This document shows, in pieces, positions 7,799 through 9,430 of a stretch of 9,430 nucleotides of DNA. This DNA is from Octopus sinensis (Eukaryota): contig NW_021827942.1 of assembly GCF_006345805.1 (NCBI RefSeq), positions 1-9,430 of the forward strand. The letters run 5' to 3'. The notes under the pieces were generated by a model. That model searched no databases. It had not been told where the DNA came from and saw only the letters and a list, made by a program, of their open reading frames with translations. How positions within the stretch are numbered: the stretch's first letter is position 1; the number at the start of each line of letters is the position of its first letter. A program made the translations under genes and the position numbers.

Positions 7799-7992
7799 AA
7801 ATCGCATAAATAGATAATGTGTATTATATAACCAGGTATGCTATAAATCACTAGATTTCTTGCGAGAAATGAACGACAAGCTTTGACTCAGTTTTAGTAT
7901 TTGAATTACAAAGAATGACTTACTAAAATGGTTATATTAACGTGTTCACCCATCACGGTAATCGTTTACACTAAAGGCGTATTACACTCCAT

Positions 7993-8374
7993 GGAGGCGC
8001 AGTGGCCCAGTGGTTAGGGCAGCGGACTCGCGGTCATAGGATCGCGGTTTCCATTCGCAGACCGGGCGTTGTGAGTGTTTATTGAGCGAAAACACCTAAA
8101 GCTCCACGAGGCTCCGGCAGGAGATGGTGGTGATCCCTGCTGTACTCTTTCACCACAACTTTCTCTCACTCTTACTTCCTGTTTCTGTTGTACCTGTATT
8201 TCAAAGGGCCGGCCTTGTCACTCTCTGTGTCACGCTGAATATCCCCGAGAACTACGTTAAGGGTACACGTGTCTGTGGAGTGCTCAGCCACTTACACGTT
8301 AATTTCACGAGCAGGCTGTTCCGTTGATTCGGATCAACCGGAACCCTCGTCGTCGTAACCGACGGAGTGCTTCC
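7993..8374 (+). mobile_element. full-length young tRNA(Arg-like)-derived SINE (family A), 12-13-bp TSD
   Basis: Head ggaggcgcagtggcccagtggttagg (A box), mutated B box ggtttccattcgc (8046-8058); TSD attacactccat(g) at 7981-7993 and 8375-8387; about 98% identical to 1340-1696; no poly(A). Confidence 0.94.
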
Positions 8375-8387
8375 ATTACACTCCATG

Positions 8388-8542
8388 TGTATGAGTATAT
8401 ATGTGTATGATGTGCCTATATAACTATGTATACATGTATGTATACATATCCACATATTTGCACACGCACACACACACACACACACGTATGTAGATATGTA
8501 TATGTATCTATCTCTCTATCCATCTATGATATGATATGATAT
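8388..8542. repeat. mixed TG/TA/CA/TATC/GATAT simple repeats
   Basis: Directly visible. Confidence 0.8.
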
Positions 8543-8766
8543 TTTATCTCTAGAACCAAATGCAATAAAGTATCTCACAGATAATCCATTTCAGTTAGGC
8601 ATTTGAAACATCCAATGATAAGTTCCAAATAACTGTAATGGCAAAACGTACGTAGGAACTAATTATATTTTTCGTAATTTTCCACTACATATGCTCTTAC
8701 TAGAAGCTGCATGGGTAATGATAATCTAATCGGAGTACATCTGTACAAACAGATAATACGCACATG

Positions 8767-8822
8767 TATATATAATATATATAGTATATATATATATATA
8801 TATATATTATATAGATATATAT
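8767..8822. repeat. interrupted (TA)n microsatellite
   Basis: Directly visible. Confidence 0.9.
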
Positions 8823-8841
8823 GTCTTTAAATCTTTAAAAA

Positions 8842-8882
8842 TGTTTCAGCTTCAAAGCTGCTGCCATGCTGAGGCACCACCG
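8842..8882 (-). mobile_element. short 3'-tail remnant related to SINE family B
   Basis: tgtttcagcttcaaagctgctgccatgctgaggcaccacc resembles tgtttcagtcatttgactgcggccatgctggagcaccgcc (4249-4288). Confidence 0.55.
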
Positions 8883-8913
8883 TTGACTCAGCTACACCAA
8901 TATCTGAAACCTG

Positions 8914-9147
8914 CTATATGTGTGTTTCCTGCCGTGAGGTAGGCTCGTCTGGAATCCTTGAGAAGAAGAGATCCAGTTTTATTTTAAAGTCACTTACATC
9001 CACACCATGCAGGTCTTTCAGACATTTTGGAAGGATATTGAAGAGCTGTGGGTATCTGAAGCCCAAGCTGTTGCAGTATCTGGTCCTGTGTTCTCATGGC
9101 GATGCTGGGATCTTTGGCACTATGCAGTGGTGCCCCATTCTGCAGTT
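8914..9147 (-). mobile_element. CR1-group LINE ORF2 extreme C-terminal fragment (pseudogenised)
   Basis: Manual translation: NCRMGHHCIVPKIPASP*EHRTRYCNSLGFRYPQLFNILPKCLKDLHGVDVSDFKIKLDLFFSRIPDEPTSRQETHI*. The (W/F)NxLP...FKxxLDxF pattern is the hallmark C-terminus of CR1/L2-group ORF2; one internal stop. Confidence 0.82.
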
Positions 9148-9430
9148 ATATATATTGTGTTTATATCTTAGTCTCTCAGTTTTCGATTCTATATACCTGG
9201 AAATCCTGAGCTAAATGACAAAATACCTACGTTCTAAAGCGTTTATCGATTTATGGAAGTATTATCTAAATTTCAATTAATATAATATATTAATATATTT
9301 ATAATTTTGATTTGAATGTGAAGTTGAGCCTTGGCTGTGTGGTGTAACGTTTACAAAGAAATGAAATGTCTTCTCTAGCTTCCACAGCGATAATGACAAG
9401 AATGTCCCATTTTCGTTATTTGGCAGTTTT

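Noticed and set aside
7993-8070. Possible tRNA gene
   Set aside because: tRNA-like A/B boxes only; no convincing acceptor stem, and it continues into a SINE body flanked by TSDs.
8075-8327. Near-identical 61- and 67-aa ORFs repeated at 1391-1643
   Set aside because: The identity reflects two young copies of a non-coding SINE, not protein conservation.
8918-9214. 98-aa plus-strand ORF
   Set aside because: Antisense shadow of the CR1-type fragment on the minus strand.
9325-9380. tggctgtgtggt...aatgtcttct similar to the SINE B head
   Set aside because: Only a 12-nt match plus a weak second motif; too short to call.
1-9430. CRISPR array or prokaryotic operon/defence system
   Set aside because: No regularly spaced direct repeats with unique spacers and no gene-dense coding structure; the sequence is clearly eukaryotic repeat DNA.

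Overview
Repeat-saturated, non-coding eukaryotic DNA with no credible intact protein-coding gene. The SINE families and dense (TA)/(CA)/(GA) microsatellites look like an Octopus (cephalopod) genome; this is recognition from memory, not a database result. Contents: (i) a decayed L1/Tx1-type LINE ORF2 3' fragment (1074-2126, minus) interrupted by a young tRNA-derived SINE with a 12-bp TSD; (ii) a second, near-identical full-length copy of that SINE (7993-8374); (iii) three copies of a microsatellite-containing tRNA/CORE-like SINE, two of them a close inverted pair; (iv) several fragments of a third SINE family; (v) two non-autonomous Helitrons (2938-3329, 7183-7798); (vi) a CR1-type LINE 3' fragment (8914-9147); (vii) a ~220-bp local duplication of a composite repeat junction; (viii) an unexplained 118-bp ungapped hairpin (2567-2684). 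Nearly all listed ORFs are microsatellite or repeat read-through. I do not see strong evidence for a new multi-gene system; the hairpin, the composite duplication and the inverted SINE pairs are the best leads.
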